Assembly: GCA_002633005.1 (NCBI GenBank)
Contig: NMRA01000505.1
Location: forward strand, 27,197 to 91,196
Direction: 5' to 3'
Source of the DNA: Phoronis australis
Taxonomy: Eukaryota; Animalia; Phoronida
Length of the DNA stretch: 64,000 nucleotides
A model generated the notes under the pieces. The model ran no database searches and was not told the origin of the DNA. It saw nothing but the letters and a program-made list of their open reading frames with translations. The position numbers were made by a program, and so were the translations under genes. Shown here piece after piece: positions 24,510-38,397 of this stretch (positions are counted from its first letter, which is position 1; every line of letters begins with the position of its first letter).

Positions 24510-27460
24510 CGTTTTCACAATTCGGATCGAGTACCGTATTCGCTGTAATCACCCCCCAGGGCGCTTAGAAAAGTTCGTTTCAGGGGGGGGGGCGCTTATT
24601 ATAACCCAAGGCCGTTGAAACCCGATCTCCGAAACTGGTGAAATAGGAAGCTAAGATCCGTCATATTTACGCTCTGTGACGTATCTGTAACCTATGAAAA
24701 GGCTTTCTACAAAACCGTGGTGCATTGCTATCAAACTTTGCTGCTAAATTACGATTATTTTACAGAAAATTGTGCTGAAATTCCAGGGCGAAAACTCGCA
24801 GACTGCCTGCCTCGCAATTGTCGATATGGCGAATTGAATGCTTGAATAAAAATACATTTTCGACTCAAGTATATTACCTGAAATCCTTACGTTTTCCAAG
24901 TAACGTCCCTAAGATTTTTATGTTCCCATGGAGTCAGGATCACGGCAGGTACAAATCTGTGTTAGTACATCGTGCCATCTACATGTATGATTGGCAACAT
25001 GAGGAAAATGTCTGGACGAACACACGTTTGTTGTCGCGTGACATTTGTTTTGAAGTTGTCTGCGTTTGTGAGTAAGCGCGCGCGCGTGCGTGTCACCAGA
25101 GTTCATTTGCCAGAGCAGATACCGTCTTGTGGCCAGAGCCACGCAATCTAACGAGCTAGATGTGCATTGTATCTAAAGAAATTTGCACTAGCAGTAGGCC
25201 TAAACCAGAGCTTTTCATTCAGCACTTGCTGGTCTCATGTGCTTAAAACGTTCGACACTTGTCTCGGTAACGCCATATTAGTTGCCGTGTGGCTGGATGT
25301 GGCGTACGTGACTATCTGGCAGTTATTTTTCGGTGTAAGGGTGTGTAAGCATTCACTGTCAGTGGTCATTTTATCGGTTATTTGGCTTAAAAACACCAAT
25401 TATGGTTAATCAAACAATTCATCTTAAAAATAACGCAAACATTTTTTATAGTATTAACTGTTGGAAATTAGTGCCAATATTTATTTCTTACCGTCTTTGA
25501 TGACAGGTTCATGTATGTAGCGCGCGCTTCCTGGCCACGTGCTTTTAACACTGGTCAAGCTTTTTATTAGTCTTCGATTCGTGGTTTTCACATGTAGGCC
25601 TACAAAGAAATTTGGATTCCTGTTTAAAGCGGGACATATCTATAAAGCAATCCCGTAGACAAGTACCGGTACACTACTTCTGTTCTGAAAGGCCAGACCA
25701 TTTGTTCCTGCAAGATCAGCAGAACTTCTGTGTTTGTTTTGAGGCATGGCGGAAGTTTGAAGTGAAAAGTCACGGCTAAATACCGACATAGCGGTTAGGC
25801 TCGTGGTCTACAAATTCTGCGCACAAAGATTTTTTTCAGGACCCTCTGATATTATTGATAAATTGAAGACGTAGAATTTTAGGAATGCAGGTAAGGCATT
25901 TTTCGCACGTACACGTTCATGGACTGGACGCTTATTTTAGCAAAGTCTGAAAACATGTGGGGGGGGCGCTTATATGGGCATGGCTGGTCATTATGGCGAA
26001 TACGGTAGTTCCACTCGATAACAGCAAGTTCAGTAGCTGACACCTGACGGCAGACGGAGGAGTTGAAATTAACCAATGATGCAATCTGTTCGAATACAGT
26101 CTGTTCAGCCTTGCTGGTGTCAACTTATTATTTGAATGCATCATTTTACACCAATAAATCATCAAATTTTCTATGTATAACCCTTAAAAGTGCATTGATA
26201 TCTTGAAGAAACTTGTTTTATTTCACGGATTTATAGATGTTTGAACGTACGGTAGCCTACAGAGTAGAGTCCTAGTTTCTTTTGGCCAGTTTATCGAGGT
26301 CGATCACGGGAGTTTGGGTTTGTTTGGTGATAAATTCGAAACATTCTTCCATGAAATACAGACATGAAAGATGTTGTGGTTTTAGACTTGCGATTTTTTC
26401 AGTTCTAAACACACACAACGCTTGTTATCCCAGCCAGTCCCTGACCCCAGGCCTGTCCCGGCCACCGGGACTGGACATCACAAATATAAACCAACTTCTT
26501 AAGTTGGAAACTAAACCTCCAGTCACAAAAAGAATATACTGGTGAGTCAAAGAAATGATGCGCACGTAATTATTTTGGTGATTAAGCTCCGAAACTGCAA
26601 ATCTACTTACTTGTCGGGGGCCGCGAAGTCAAGTTGCCCTTTTACAGAACCATCAGTGCAAAAGTTGTACAGTAACAATGACGTAGATGCACGTCTAAAT
26701 AATGATTCCCCTAACATGTGACCATAGCATTTAAAATCGAGTTACTGCTTCACAACAGCTTTCTGTTAGCAAATACTGAATTAGCATACACTCACATGGT
26801 CTCAGTGCACGGTCAATTACCTTTATTGCATCTGAACCCGGTAACGCTATCGTTTATTCATTGCTGGCTTCTCAAAATATTTGCACTCACGAATACTCCA
26901 AAGGCATTACATAATGTATCTAATGAGACAGACTTTGTTTCAGTTTTATATAAGCATTGCTTAGGGTGAGACTATTTCATTTTGAACCAAAATGCAGAAT
27001 AATAAACATCAGCATGGCAACTCGCAATCCCGACTTATACGAGAGCTCATCCGACAAGGACTTTGCAGGTGGATGGTTTTACAGGCTATCAGTTCGAACC
27101 GGAATACTGTGATAAGAAATACTAGAGAGGCATCGTGAACATGCACAGGAAACAGAACGTATGGATAGTTCTTTGGTAAGCTGGCCTTCGTCAGACTCGC
27201 TGTCAATGACTGCCGGCCACAGACACAGAAATGTTTCACGGCCTCATACTTGCTATTAACAGCGTACTCTTCATTCTTCACTACCGCGAGCCATATCCTG
27301 AGCATTTTTGACTCTCGAGGAAGTCGAAAAAAAGGTATATCCGATTTCCTTGCAGCTGCATAGTTTGGGCAAGTGGGAACGATGCACCGCAACATAGTGG
27401 CATTCACTCTGCAAATGAACCACTGACGTTGCTGCATCGTTTCTCACCTTCCTCACAGGA
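24510..27460 (+). mobile_element. Kolobok-family copy (ends eroded) interrupted by a CCGTA MITE; THAP remnant on the minus strand at about 27190-27395
   Basis: Colinear with 34587-36539. Encodes MLRCIVPTCPNYAAARKSDIPFFRLPRESKMLRIWLAVV...CVCG (THAP). The sequence gatcgagta|gttc is split at the TA by 24534-26005. Confidence 0.75.
24534..26005 (+). mobile_element. 1.47-kb TA-flanked CCGTATTCGC MITE (Tc1/mariner-pogo-like), full length
   Basis: ta|ccgtattcgc ... gcgaatacgg|ta, GGGCGCTTA subterminal motifs. The empty site can be reconstructed from the Kolobok copy at 34630-34650. Confidence 0.85.
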
Positions 27461-27957
27461 TTTCTATCTGGGGGCATCCTTTTCCGTCGTTGGTAAGCTA
27501 AGGGTTTAAGACTTTAAGTACATGCAGGACACAACATAACTAGCTGCATGTTGCATTTGCGACCTGAAGTTAGGAAATTGAACTGAGATTTTTGCTACTT
27601 CCTTGCAGAAGTCGCACATGTACAATTAGGATATTCCTGCTCATGCAAGCCAAGACTTTTACACTCCATGACTGGAAAAAATAGAGTCAAGTCGTGTGAG
27701 TCCAATTATTTTAAACTAATCCGACAGAATCAGTTTTCTGTCACCAGTTGACCGTCACCAGTTGACCGTCACCAATTGACAGTCACCTGTTGACTGTCGC
27801 CTATTCAAATGGAAAATAACACAGCACACGAGAAACCTTTTTAATTGTAGTAACATTTTGGGAGCTAGAATCTGCATCCTAGGCATTTGGCCTGGTTGAT
27901 GATAGCATTGAGAGCTGGCATAAACAATAGTGTTCACAATAGGCAAGTGACACAATA

Positions 27958-29515
27958 CCGTAATCGTTCGGGTTAACGCCCTGGGCGGTTAAATTGGCAA
28001 ACCCAAAAAATCGGGGGTGGGCGGTTAACCAGACATGGGCGCTTAAACGTGAAATTTCAAGAAATCCAGGGTGGGCGGTTAACCGAACATGGGCGCTTAT
28101 TACGACAGGCAACCGCCCTGGGCGGTTAATCTTACCTCGTACTCGGAACGCGTAGTACTTTTCAAAGAGCGTTATCGTCACGTCGCCACATGACGAGAAA
28201 AATGTCATAACAGCGGATGATCCCAACAAAGATTCTCTTGCCCTCAGATTAGTTATTCACTGTTAAATTTACAGAATTACTGAGTAATAGCCCCGTGGCG
28301 TCCTNNNNNNNNNNNNNNNNNNNNNNNNNNNNNNNNNNNNNNNNNNNNNNNNNNNNNNNNNNNNNNNNNNNNNNNNNNNNNNNNNNNNNNNNNNNNNNNN
28401 NNNNNNNNNNNNNNNNNNNNNNNNNNNNNNNNNNNNNNNNNNNNNNNNNNNNNNNNNNNNNNNNNNNNNNNNNNNNNNNNNNNNNNNNNNNNNNNNNNNN
28501 NNNNNNNNNNNNNNNNNNNNNNNNNNNNNNNNNNNNNNNNNNNNNNNNNNNNNNNNNNNNNNNNNNNNNNNNNNNNNNNNNNNNNNNNNNNNNNNNNNNN
28601 NNNNNNNNNNNNNNNNNNNNNNNNNNNNNNNNNNNNNNNNNNNNNNNNNNNNNNNNNNNNNNNNNNNNNNNNNNNNNNNNNNNNNNNNNNNNNNNNNNNN
28701 NNNNNNNNNNNNNNNNNNNNNNNNNNNNNNNNNNNNNNNNNNNNNNNNNNNNNNNNNNNNNNNNNNNNNNNNNNNNNNNNNNNNNNNNNNNNNNNNNNNN
28801 NNNNNNNNNNNNNNNNNNNNNNNNNNNNNNNNNNNNNNNNNNNNNNNNNNNNNNNNNNNNNNNNNNNNNNNNNNNNNNNNNNNNNNNNNNNNNNNNNNNN
28901 NNNNNNNNNNNNNNNNNNNNNNNNNNNNNNNNNNNNNNNNNNNNNNNNNNNNNNNNNNNNNNNNNNNNNNNNNNNNNNNNNNNNNNNNNNNNNNNNNNNN
29001 NNNNNNNNNNNNNNNNNNNNNNNNNNNNNNNNNNNNNNNNNNNNNNNNNNNNNNNNNNNNNNNNNNNNNNNNNNNNNNNNNNNNNNNNNNNNNNNNNNNN
29101 NNNNNNNNNNNNNNNNNNNNNNNNNNNNNNNNNNNNNNNNNNNAAAATAAAGTGACAAAAACGTTAAAGTATTATATTTTGAAGTGAGTCCATGACCCAA
29201 GACAAGAACTCCTTACTTGTATTGTAATTCACATTGCTAAACCACCGTCTTGAAGGCCCGGCGTTGTTACGCTCATTGTGATCATCGATCTTTTTGTAAA
29301 AGTCGGGGAATCACCGTTTCGTTAGCACAGGGCGCTAAATCTTCATTCCTTAAAAGTCCGGGATGGGCGCTTAACCGAGAGGTGGGCGCTTAACTGGAAA
29401 TCTTCAAAAATCGTAGGGGGGCGCTTAACTGAGCAGTGGGCGGTTAAATCGAAAATCCACCTAAAGTAGGGGTGGGCGGTTAACTGAGCATGGGCGTTAA
29501 CCCGAACGATTACGG
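27958..29515. mobile_element. TA-flanked CCGTA MITE with perfect 24-bp TIR, spanning the assembly gap
   Basis: ta|ccgtaatcgttcgggttaacgccc ... gggcgttaacccgaacgattacgg|ta, with repeated gggcg(g/c)ttaa motifs. Confidence 0.85.
28305..29143. other. Assembly gap (839 N)
   Basis: Run of N. Confidence 1.
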
Positions 29516-31625
29516 TAATATACATTGTGAGCGTTGATGAACTAAAATGTACAAGCTAACCTCAGAGGATGTATTCACACTGGCAGCTCTATATGGAAAA
29601 GTTGTTTTACAAGACTTACCAGCTGGAATCTGCCTGTTCACAGTTCTCAAACATTCCTCCGCTTGAATTGTCAAAAAGATAACACCTGCCAGAAATATTC
29701 ACGGCTTGATAACCGTGTTGACTGTTTGATCATGTAGAAGAGTGGCAAATCAATTTCACTGAAGGTGTTCTCAAAAGCGCTTGTACTGCCAAGAACGAAG
29801 ATAATCATCCATTAGACTCCGCAAAATCTCTTTCCGAGAATGAAACTTAGTGTGACCACTACATCTATTAGTATTCGTGTACATGACCTAAAATTAAAAC
29901 AAACTTTCGGATGGTTTAGTTGAAAAGGAATGTAGGTTGTGCACAAGGTTAATCATTACACATACATGTCAATTTAAGATTTTGAAAAGAAACATGGCAG
30001 CTTTTCATCACTAGAAACCGATTTCACTCGAAATTGGCAGTAATCTATACTTCATATTCTAAAAATTGGGAGATTCATGACTTAGTTGTTTCCCAGTTAC
30101 TCCTTGGAACTCACATGGAAGACCTTAGGCGGATAGGTCAAACAAAGATATTGTTAAAACAAAGAAGACTTACGGGAAGAAGCAGCAGGTTACTACGCTT
30201 CAATTTGATGTTGACATGCCGTTGTTCCGGAGGAGGCAGCAGGTTACTATGTTTCTGTTTGATGCTGACATGACGTCCCATGCATACATAACTTGCTAAG
30301 ATGTTGTTCAAAATAGATTTTTGCTTTCAAATAATTAAATGACTCGAGACCCGTTTTTGGTGAAATTGCATCTTCACCTGTAACAATGATGAAACCGTGC
30401 AAATATCAGCTCCTGCGTTGATACCTTACAAGTTGCCGCTTGTCGTTATGCCGCCTGAAATCTCGTGTTGAGTCAGTCTCATATGGCTGTTATACGAGAC
30501 TACAAGAATGAGAATGAAACATGAAATGAGATAACCATGGGATGAGCAAGAATGACTTGAGGCAAAAGAAATCATCATTAGCAAGACATGGGTATATACT
30601 GAGGTATGTGAACTGAAGTGAACTAACAGATACTGCGGCTATCACTATGTGTACATTACTGCCTGGATACCTTGCTCTTCGTCATCCCGGTCAGTTGTGC
30701 CCGACACTTGTTGGCTTTGTACGTATAAAGAATCTAGCAGTTGACCCTCGAGAACTAACACATGGCCAACCATTGTAATAGCATAATAATTTGGAGATCT
30801 AACATATGAGTCGTGAATTTTGGAGCTAGAATGTGAACCAGAACATTTAAAGTTGATGTTGCGTCACAAATGGCAAGCCATACGCGTCCCTTTGAACTGA
30901 TCTAAAGATTTCCTTGTGCAAGACTTGTTGTACAGTGCTGTTTATGGGCTCCTGTTGCTAACACAGAATTTTTTGATGAGATGAAACTACATATTTCACA
31001 GCGTAACATACTGTGCATTTCCAGCACTTTTAAACTGCGGTGAACTCTGCAATGTTATAACTAATATTTCAACTAAAGTGTGTTAGAATTGTTGTACAGT
31101 CTTAAGATGCAAAGGAGAAGTATTTCAATTTTCTATATATATAGTATCCTGTTTGTCTACTTAAATTGTAAATTGAACTTTTTAATTCTTGAAAGTCATT
31201 TTTACGGTCAAGAAACGTGTGCTTGTGGTATTGCTGGGCAGGATAGACTTTTTGAAGTTCTTGGCTTTGGCCAGAGCTATAAAACAATAAATTCTTTTTT
31301 TCTGATTTGATTTTAAAACTTCAATCCTCATCATTGCCAGTTATTCAGTAACTTTCCAGTAAAATTGTCAGTTAACTCTGGCAGCATTTGACTCTACCGT
31401 GAAGGTACGAGCTTTGAGTTTGTGGTGCAGCCGATTTGTCAAATACAATTTTTTTGTCACCAATAATGTGACTTAAAATTGATTTTACCAAAGATTCTAT
31501 TTTTGTCAATGCTTAGTGACTTCAATAAGTTACATTATTCAGAGAACAGTATTTAAGAGGCTGTTGTTTCTAGATTATGACCTTGCAAACATTACATGAC
31601 CTTTACACGTTAGTATCTCTTTCAG

Positions 31626-31687
31626 GTGTACGTCATGTTTGATGTCAGTTTCATGGCAGACCTTCAAGCCTACCTTCTGAAGCCAAG
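31626..31687 (+). other. Candidate upstream exon (5' UTR or N-terminal coding) of the SLC16 gene
   Basis: Strong acceptor tatctctttcag| and donor AAG|gtaatt in non-repeat sequence. ATG at 31635 gives MFDVSFMADLQAYLLKP. Confidence 0.35.
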
Positions 31688-32559
31688 GTAATTGTTTAAA
31701 AATGGAATCTGAAGTCTGAAATTGTTTATGGTGATATCAAGTTTGTTGAAGGTGTATGACTAACATTCTTACGATTTTATGATAGACCAAACCAAATGAG
31801 TAGGCCCAATGCAATATCACTGCAGGCCCTTAGCCAGCATTGCACAGGGAGTGGTTCGAATTTCTGTAACGGTGGACCTTTGATATTTCGCATACATCGA
31901 CCTGGTATAGTTTTCAGTAAGGCCCTTGACGCAGCTTCATTAGGGGGTAGGGAAATCTATACATAACCATGACTCTCAGCTCTATGTTCCTGAGATAAGA
32001 CGAAAATGAGGAGGCTGTGACGGTTGCTAATAAAGAATGGGAGTCAAATTTAGATATGTCATGTAGTCCAGAAAAAGAACGTTCTGGCGTTACCTGCCAC
32101 CAAACTTTCAAATCAGGTGTGCTTAAGTTGATAGCAATGCACCACAATTTTGTAGAAAGGCTGTCATAGGCTACAAATACGTCACAGAGCGTAAATTTGA
32201 TGAATCCTAGCTTCCGATTTTACCCGTTTGGGAAACCGGGATTCAGCTCCCGTAGGCTCACTACAATAAGCGTCCCCTCCCTGTGGAATGAATTTTTCTA
32301 AGCGTTTGTTTGAGCCAATACAGTATACAGCTTTCCACCATGGCTAGGTGATGCAAGACATTATTCTTTGTTGCATTATAGTAACTGGTCTTGGCTAATT
32401 ATCATTTTATGGCCTGGTCATCCATTCAGCCAAAAGTAGTTCCAGAGGTGGGTTATCACGCATGCTGACTCACAATAGAAGCCTGATAAGAGTGAAGGTG
32501 GATAAATGCGGTGTTCCTACAGTTTCTTGTTTTAGTGGATGTGTTCACGACATGTTAGC

Positions 32560-33772
32560 CGTGACTATATACTTCAAAGTAACGCAGCGCTTCAAAAAGA
32601 ACGCAACAGCGTTGCTACTCTCTCGACGACCGTGCCCTACTATGGTCTGACCTTTCAGTAGACACATCGACTGTCTCATGAGTAAAAATAACTTGGTGTT
32701 AAACGCATGTGGCCAGGAAGTGCGCGCTACATAATATATTATATGAACCTGTCATCAAAGACATTACTTGGGAACTATCCATTCATGAAACGGGTAGCAT
32801 AGCATCGGTAAGAAATAAATATTGGCACTAATTTCCGACAATTTCTAATACTATAAAACATGTTTCCGTTATTTATGAGATATATTGTTTGATTAACCAT
32901 AATTGGTGTTCTTAAGCCGAATATCCAATAAAATGACAACTGACAGTGAATGCTTACACACCCTTACACCGAAAAATAACTGTCATAGTTATACGTACGT
33001 ACGCATCCAGCTACACGGCGACTAATATGGGGCTTACCGAGACAAATGTCGAATGTTTTTAGCACATGAGACCGACAAGTGCTGAATGAAACACGCTCTG
33101 GTTTAGGTCTACTGCTTGTGCAAATTTCTTTAGACGCAATCAATGCACATCTAGCTCATTAGATTGCGTGGCTCTGGCCGAAAGACGGTCTCTGCTTTGG
33201 CAAATGACCTCTGGTAACACGCACGCGCTCGCTTACTCACACATGCAGACGAACTTCAAAACAAACGTCACGTGAGAACAACATGTGTGTTCGTCCAGAC
33301 ATTTTTCTTGCCGTGTTGCCGATCATACATGTAGATGGCACGATGTTGCACAGATTTGTACTTAAACCTGCCGTTAATCCAGACCCCACGGGAACTTAAG
33401 GAAAATCTTAGAGACGCTAGAAAACTAATGAAGATTTCAGGTAACTTGCTTGAGTAGAAACTATTTTTATTCAAGCATTGAAGTCGCCATATCGAAGACG
33501 GCGATTTCGAGGCAATCAGTCAGCGAGTTTTCCCCGCACAATTTTCTGTAAAATGATCGTAATTAAGTAGCAAAGTTTGATAGCAATGCACCACAGTTTT
33601 GTTGAAAGTCTTTCATAGATTACAGATACGTCACAGAGTGTACATTTAATGAATCTTAGCTTCCGATTTCACCCGTTTCGGAGACCGGGTTTCAACAGCT
33701 TTGGGTTATAATAAGCGCCCCTCTGAACTGAACTTTTCTAAGCGCCCTGGGCGGTTATTACGGCGAATACGG
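32560..33772 (-). mobile_element. Inverted, truncated copy of the CCGTATTCGC MITE (further fragment at about 32125-32325)
   Basis: Reverse complement of about 24534-25740. Ends gcgaatacgg|ta. Confidence 0.8.
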
Positions 33773-34586
33773 TATATGTGCTATAATTGCTTCGAAGGAT
33801 CGGCAGTAACCGTGGCTGGAATGCCGGCAGCTTCGAGACTAAGTCTACAGCTAACTCCTGTTGAAATTCTCCATACTTCAAAATTCTTGTTTGCAGGTAC
33901 TGATAATTGCCTTCAATGGTTTTCATAATAAGAGACTAGAAATCCAAGTTGTCACACACGCCCACTGGTCTGGTGCTGCCTTACATTTTCACTGGCCACC
34001 TTGCTGCAGTCGACTTGCGCAATAGCCGAAGTAGTGTCCACATTTGTGGTCACGTGCTGGGTACAGGCCAATGAGACAAGTTGCAGCAACAAATTCAGTA
34101 CGAATCCATAAACCCTTTTACACGCATAATTAAATGCGCAAAACTGCTCCTGTATTTCTTAAACCTTTAATTTAATGCTCAAGCTATACAACGAGTGCGT
34201 GTTGAAACACAACATTGACGTTGGACCAAAGATGGACTCCTTGCATCAGGGCCTTAGTAAGCGGGGTGAGGGCGAGTGCCACCCCAAAAAAATTGCATGC
34301 CTCAGGGTTAAACCATGGCAACCGACAAAGGTGTGCAGCTGGGGAAAGACAAAAAAGAAAGACTTCTAATACTGATCAGAGAGAAAACTCAAGATAACTT
34401 TGACAACTCGGTATCAGTGTATGGTTTACCATTTGAGGACCCTGACCAGGACAATTGTTGTTAAGGTCTCCGTTTTTCCAGCATAGGTCGTCTAAGCACT
34501 CTTGAAAATGTGCACTTTATCATTCATGCATGTATTTCGAAAATTAGAGAAAATTTGTAAAGCAAAAATTTTGCGGAGCGTATTAA

Positions 34587-36539
34587 AGGAGCATGCGCCC
34601 CAAAAACAACCTAATTTTGTATCAATTTAGATCGAGTAGTTCTACTCCATAACGGCACGTACGGTTGCGTTACCTGACACACCTGACGGCAGACTGAGGT
34701 GTTGAAATTATCCAGTGACGTAATTGGTTTCACACGGAGTCTGTTCAGCAGTTCACAACACAGGTTGCTGGTGTCAGTTTATCGCTTTAATTCATCGTTT
34801 TACACCAATAAATCATCAAACTTCGATGTAAAACCCTTAAAAATACACCGAGTTCTTATCAAAACGTGTTGTTTTATTTCGCTGTTATGGATTTATTGGT
34901 ATTTGGACACGGCCGTAGCCTACAACGGCTCGGCAGGCCAATAAGGTCCGTAGCAGGAGTTCGGGGTCTCTTCGGGGATATATTCGAAGTATTTTTCCGT
35001 GAGATACAGACAGGAGAACCTAGTCTGTGTTGTTTAGAATTGTGATTTTTTTAGTTCTAAACACGCAAAACGCTCGTTATCCTGGCCAGTGGCTCGGAGC
35101 CCGATCAGGCCCGTCGCAGCCGGCCAGATTCATTCATTATCCCGACCAGTGGCTCGGAAACTGATCATATATCATGAACATAAACCAGCCAAAGTTGGAA
35201 ACTAAACTTCTAGTCAGGAAAATACTATACTAGTGAGCCAAAGTAATGTGCACGTGATTATGTTGGTGAATTAGCCACGAAACTGCAAATCTACTTACTC
35301 GTCGGGGTTGCGAATTCAGGTTCTGCTTTGTCCACAGCACTGTCAGCATGCGCGCACCCAGCCTTCAATATGGGGGGGGGCTCGAATTTCTGACGTTGTG
35401 GACCTTTTGGTAACAAAAAAGCGGGTTAGCTAAAAAAAAACGTGGCACCACTGTGAATTGCGCGATTATGCTTATTTAGAGGACTTTAGTCTAGTCTCTT
35501 TTTTTCGGACTTTTTGTTTCCCAGAGGCGGACCTTTTTGCCCACTACGCTTCTTTGCCCTCGTTCGAGCCCCCGAGCCCCCATGGGTGCGCGCATGGTCA
35601 GGGCAGAAGTTGTACATTGACAATCATTATTTGAATAATGTAAATATAAATTAAGATTCCCCTAACACCTGGCCGTGGGATGGAAATCAAGTTGTTTCAC
35701 AACCGTTTCTGCCATCAAACACTAAATTAGCATGAGCTCACACGGCCTCGGTGTCCCGTCAATTAGTTTTATTGCACCTAAACCCGGTAATGCAGTGATT
35801 TATTCATTGCTGACTTCTCAAATCATTTGCACTCAGGAACACTCCAAAGGCATTACAAATTGCATCTAATGAGACAGACTTTGTTTCAGTTTCATATAAG
35901 TATTGGTTAGGGTGAGAATAATTCATTTTGAAATAGAACGCTCAGTAATTAACGTCAACATGGCAACTCGCAACCCTTGCGACTTAGATGAGAGCTCATC
36001 AGTCCCGACGAAGACTTCGCAGGTGGATCGTTAGGTTTCACAGGCTATCAGTTCGAACAGGAATACAGTGATGAAGAAATACTAAAGAGGCGCCGTGAAC
36101 AAGCTCAGACAACGAAACGTAGGGATAGTTATTTGGCAAGCTGGCATTCGTCAGGCACTCACGCGGCTGTCGACGACTGCAGGCCACAGACAAGGAGATG
36201 TTGCACGGCCTCATACTTGCTATTTACAGCGTACTTTTCATTCTTCACTACTGCGATCCACTTCCTTAACATTGCAGACTCTCGAGGAAGTCGAAAAAAT
36301 GATATACCCGCTTTCCTCGCAGCTGCATAGTTCGCACAAGCAGGAAGGACCGGATGCACCGCAACATAGCGGCATTCACTCTGCAGATGAACCACTGACG
36401 TCGCTAGCGTCGTTTCTCACCTTCCTCACAGGTTAACGCGACACCTCTTGGCAAGGTGAGGTCAGCCATGTGCGAGGGATGTGGATATAGACTGATTAAT
36501 TAGGCAAAAAAGATTAATTAAATCGGGTGGCATTCTCCT
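34587..36539 (+). mobile_element. Full-length non-autonomous Kolobok element (1.95 kb) with THAP and KolX-like remnants
   Basis: TTAA|aggagcatgc ... gcattctcct|TTAA. THAP remnant on the minus strand at about 36160-36370 (PACANY..SFFRLP..LRKW..VCG). A GYQFE.EY ORF remnant starts on the plus strand at 35960. Confidence 0.85.
35347..35596. mobile_element. 250-bp MITE with 5-bp TSD (hAT5-like), nested in the Kolobok element
   Basis: gtcag|catgcgcgcaccca ... tgggtgcgcgcatg|gtcag. The empty site actgtcagggc is seen at about 60021. Confidence 0.88.
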
Positions 36540-36699
36540 TTAATAGCGGAGTTGCAACCGAATCGATTTAACGATTGCGCATGTCCGGAAATTAGGGTGC
36601 GCAAAGGCTACTGGGATTGTTGATGGTAAACGGGATGACCGACTGGTTTGCACGACGTGTAATTTGTGTGCATTAAACTACGCTGCTGTATGTAATTCT

Positions 36700-37955
36700 G
36701 CCGCTATTCGCCCTAATTAGCGCCCATGGCTCAACAAGTGCCCCAACGCGTTTTCAGACTTTGCTAAAGTAAGCGCCCAGCCCATGAACTACATGCGAAA
36801 AATGCCCTTACCTACAGTTCTAACGTCTCCAATTTATCAATTGAAAGATCCGACAGCCTGAATTTGTAACGGACCACGAGCCTCACCGTTATGTCCGTAT
36901 ACACTTCAAACTTACGCCGCGATTCAAAAAGAACGCAGAAGTTTTGCTGCTCTTGCGAGGGATGTGCCCCACTACGCGGGTCTGGACTTTGAAAACAGAC
37001 ACAGCGTACTTGTCAAAGAGCGGGATTGCATTGTTTCTTTCCAGTACAGATCTTCTCCGGCCTCAAACTTCTTTGTGCATGTGAAAACCGTGAATCGAAG
37101 ACTAAAAAAAAAAACTCGACCAGTGTTAGCACGCGACCAAGAAGCGCGCGCTGCATAATGTACCGACTGTCATCGAAGATTAATCGGGTAACATAGCATC
37201 GGCAAATAAATATTGGCACTAATTTCCGAAAGTTTCCAATACCGTAAAAAGCTTCTGCATTATTTTTAAGAGAAATTATTTAACTAATCATAATTGGTGT
37301 TTTTAAGGTCAAAATGACCCACTTCGCACCCTTACACCCCAAATCTTCCGGGAAATAGCTGTTACACTACGGTCACGCATCCACTCACCCGGCGACTCAA
37401 TGAGTGACATGTCGGTCTTACCGAAAAAATTCTCGAACGTTTTTAGCAGATGAGGCCAGCAAGTGCTAAGCCGTAAATATTAAAACACGCTCTGCTTGAC
37501 TTTTTTTTTTTTTTGGATACAATGCACACCTAGATCATTACATTACTCTGGCAAATGAACTCTGACAAGCACACGCACGCTTACTCTCACACACACGCAT
37601 ACAAACTTCAAAACAAACGTCACGTGACAACAACATGTGTTCCCACAGAGATTTTTCTCGGGTTGCGTGCTACAATCTAGCGTAGATTTGGACTTAATCT
37701 GCAGTTAATCCAGACTTCACAAGAACTTAAAAATCTTAGAGACGCTATTTGGAAAACTTGAGGAGGATTTCAGGTAATTTGTTGAGTCAAAGCTGTATTC
37801 TTATTTAAGAATTCAAGCCCTATCGACGATTGCGAGACCAGCAGCTACGCATTTGTCGGCAAGATTTCGCCCTGGAACTTCAACAAAATTTTATGAAAAA
37901 TGATCGTAATTTAACAACGAATTTTGATAGCAATGTACCACAATTTTGTAGAAAG
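36700..37955 (-). mobile_element. Inverted CCGTATTCGC MITE copy nested in the ISL2EU-like element
   Basis: Reverse complement of about 24705-26005, e.g. ttttcagactttgctaaagtaagcgcccag. Confidence 0.78.
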
Positions 37956-38154
37956 TAAATAATAATAATCTGCACGCTTTATCTTAGCGCGTAATGCATA
38001 TAGTGTGCATACGTTAAGTGAGTCGACCCAGAACAGGTGATTGTGCAGAGGCATTATCCTCAAAATTGCTCATGTTGGCTTGGTTCTGGTCAAGCGAAAA
38101 CAAGTTTTTTTTTCACTACCAACCGCCGTGGAGTATTTGTTACTGTTTCTTTGA

Positions 38155-38397
38155 AGGGAGATATTGTTGGGCAGTTTCTAAGATACGTTTTCTTGCCGCC
38201 CTCAAAATGAGCGCTGCACACTTTATGCTACGAAGTCGGAAAGAATTCACGAAGTCGGCCTTTGCTACCAGCTCTACCGATGTCTCTGACCCATGTTTAA
38301 CGCAGTTCTTGATCCTTGGGAAACAGGTAGTAACTAATTTTTTTATTTCGCTAACTGGTATTATAGCATGCCAGGCACACAACACGTATAACCTCCC
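38155..38397 (-). pseudogene. THAP domain remnant (transposase N-terminus)
   Basis: With one frameshift: GGYTCCVPG/CYNTS*RNKKISYYLFPKDQELR*TWVRDIGR...FFPTS*HKVCSAHFEGGKKTYLRNCPTI. The C2CH ligands and the P, W, F residues are retained. Confidence 0.8.

Noticed and set aside
28277-29200. 307-aa and 286-aa ORFs
   Set aside because: Artefacts of the N run.
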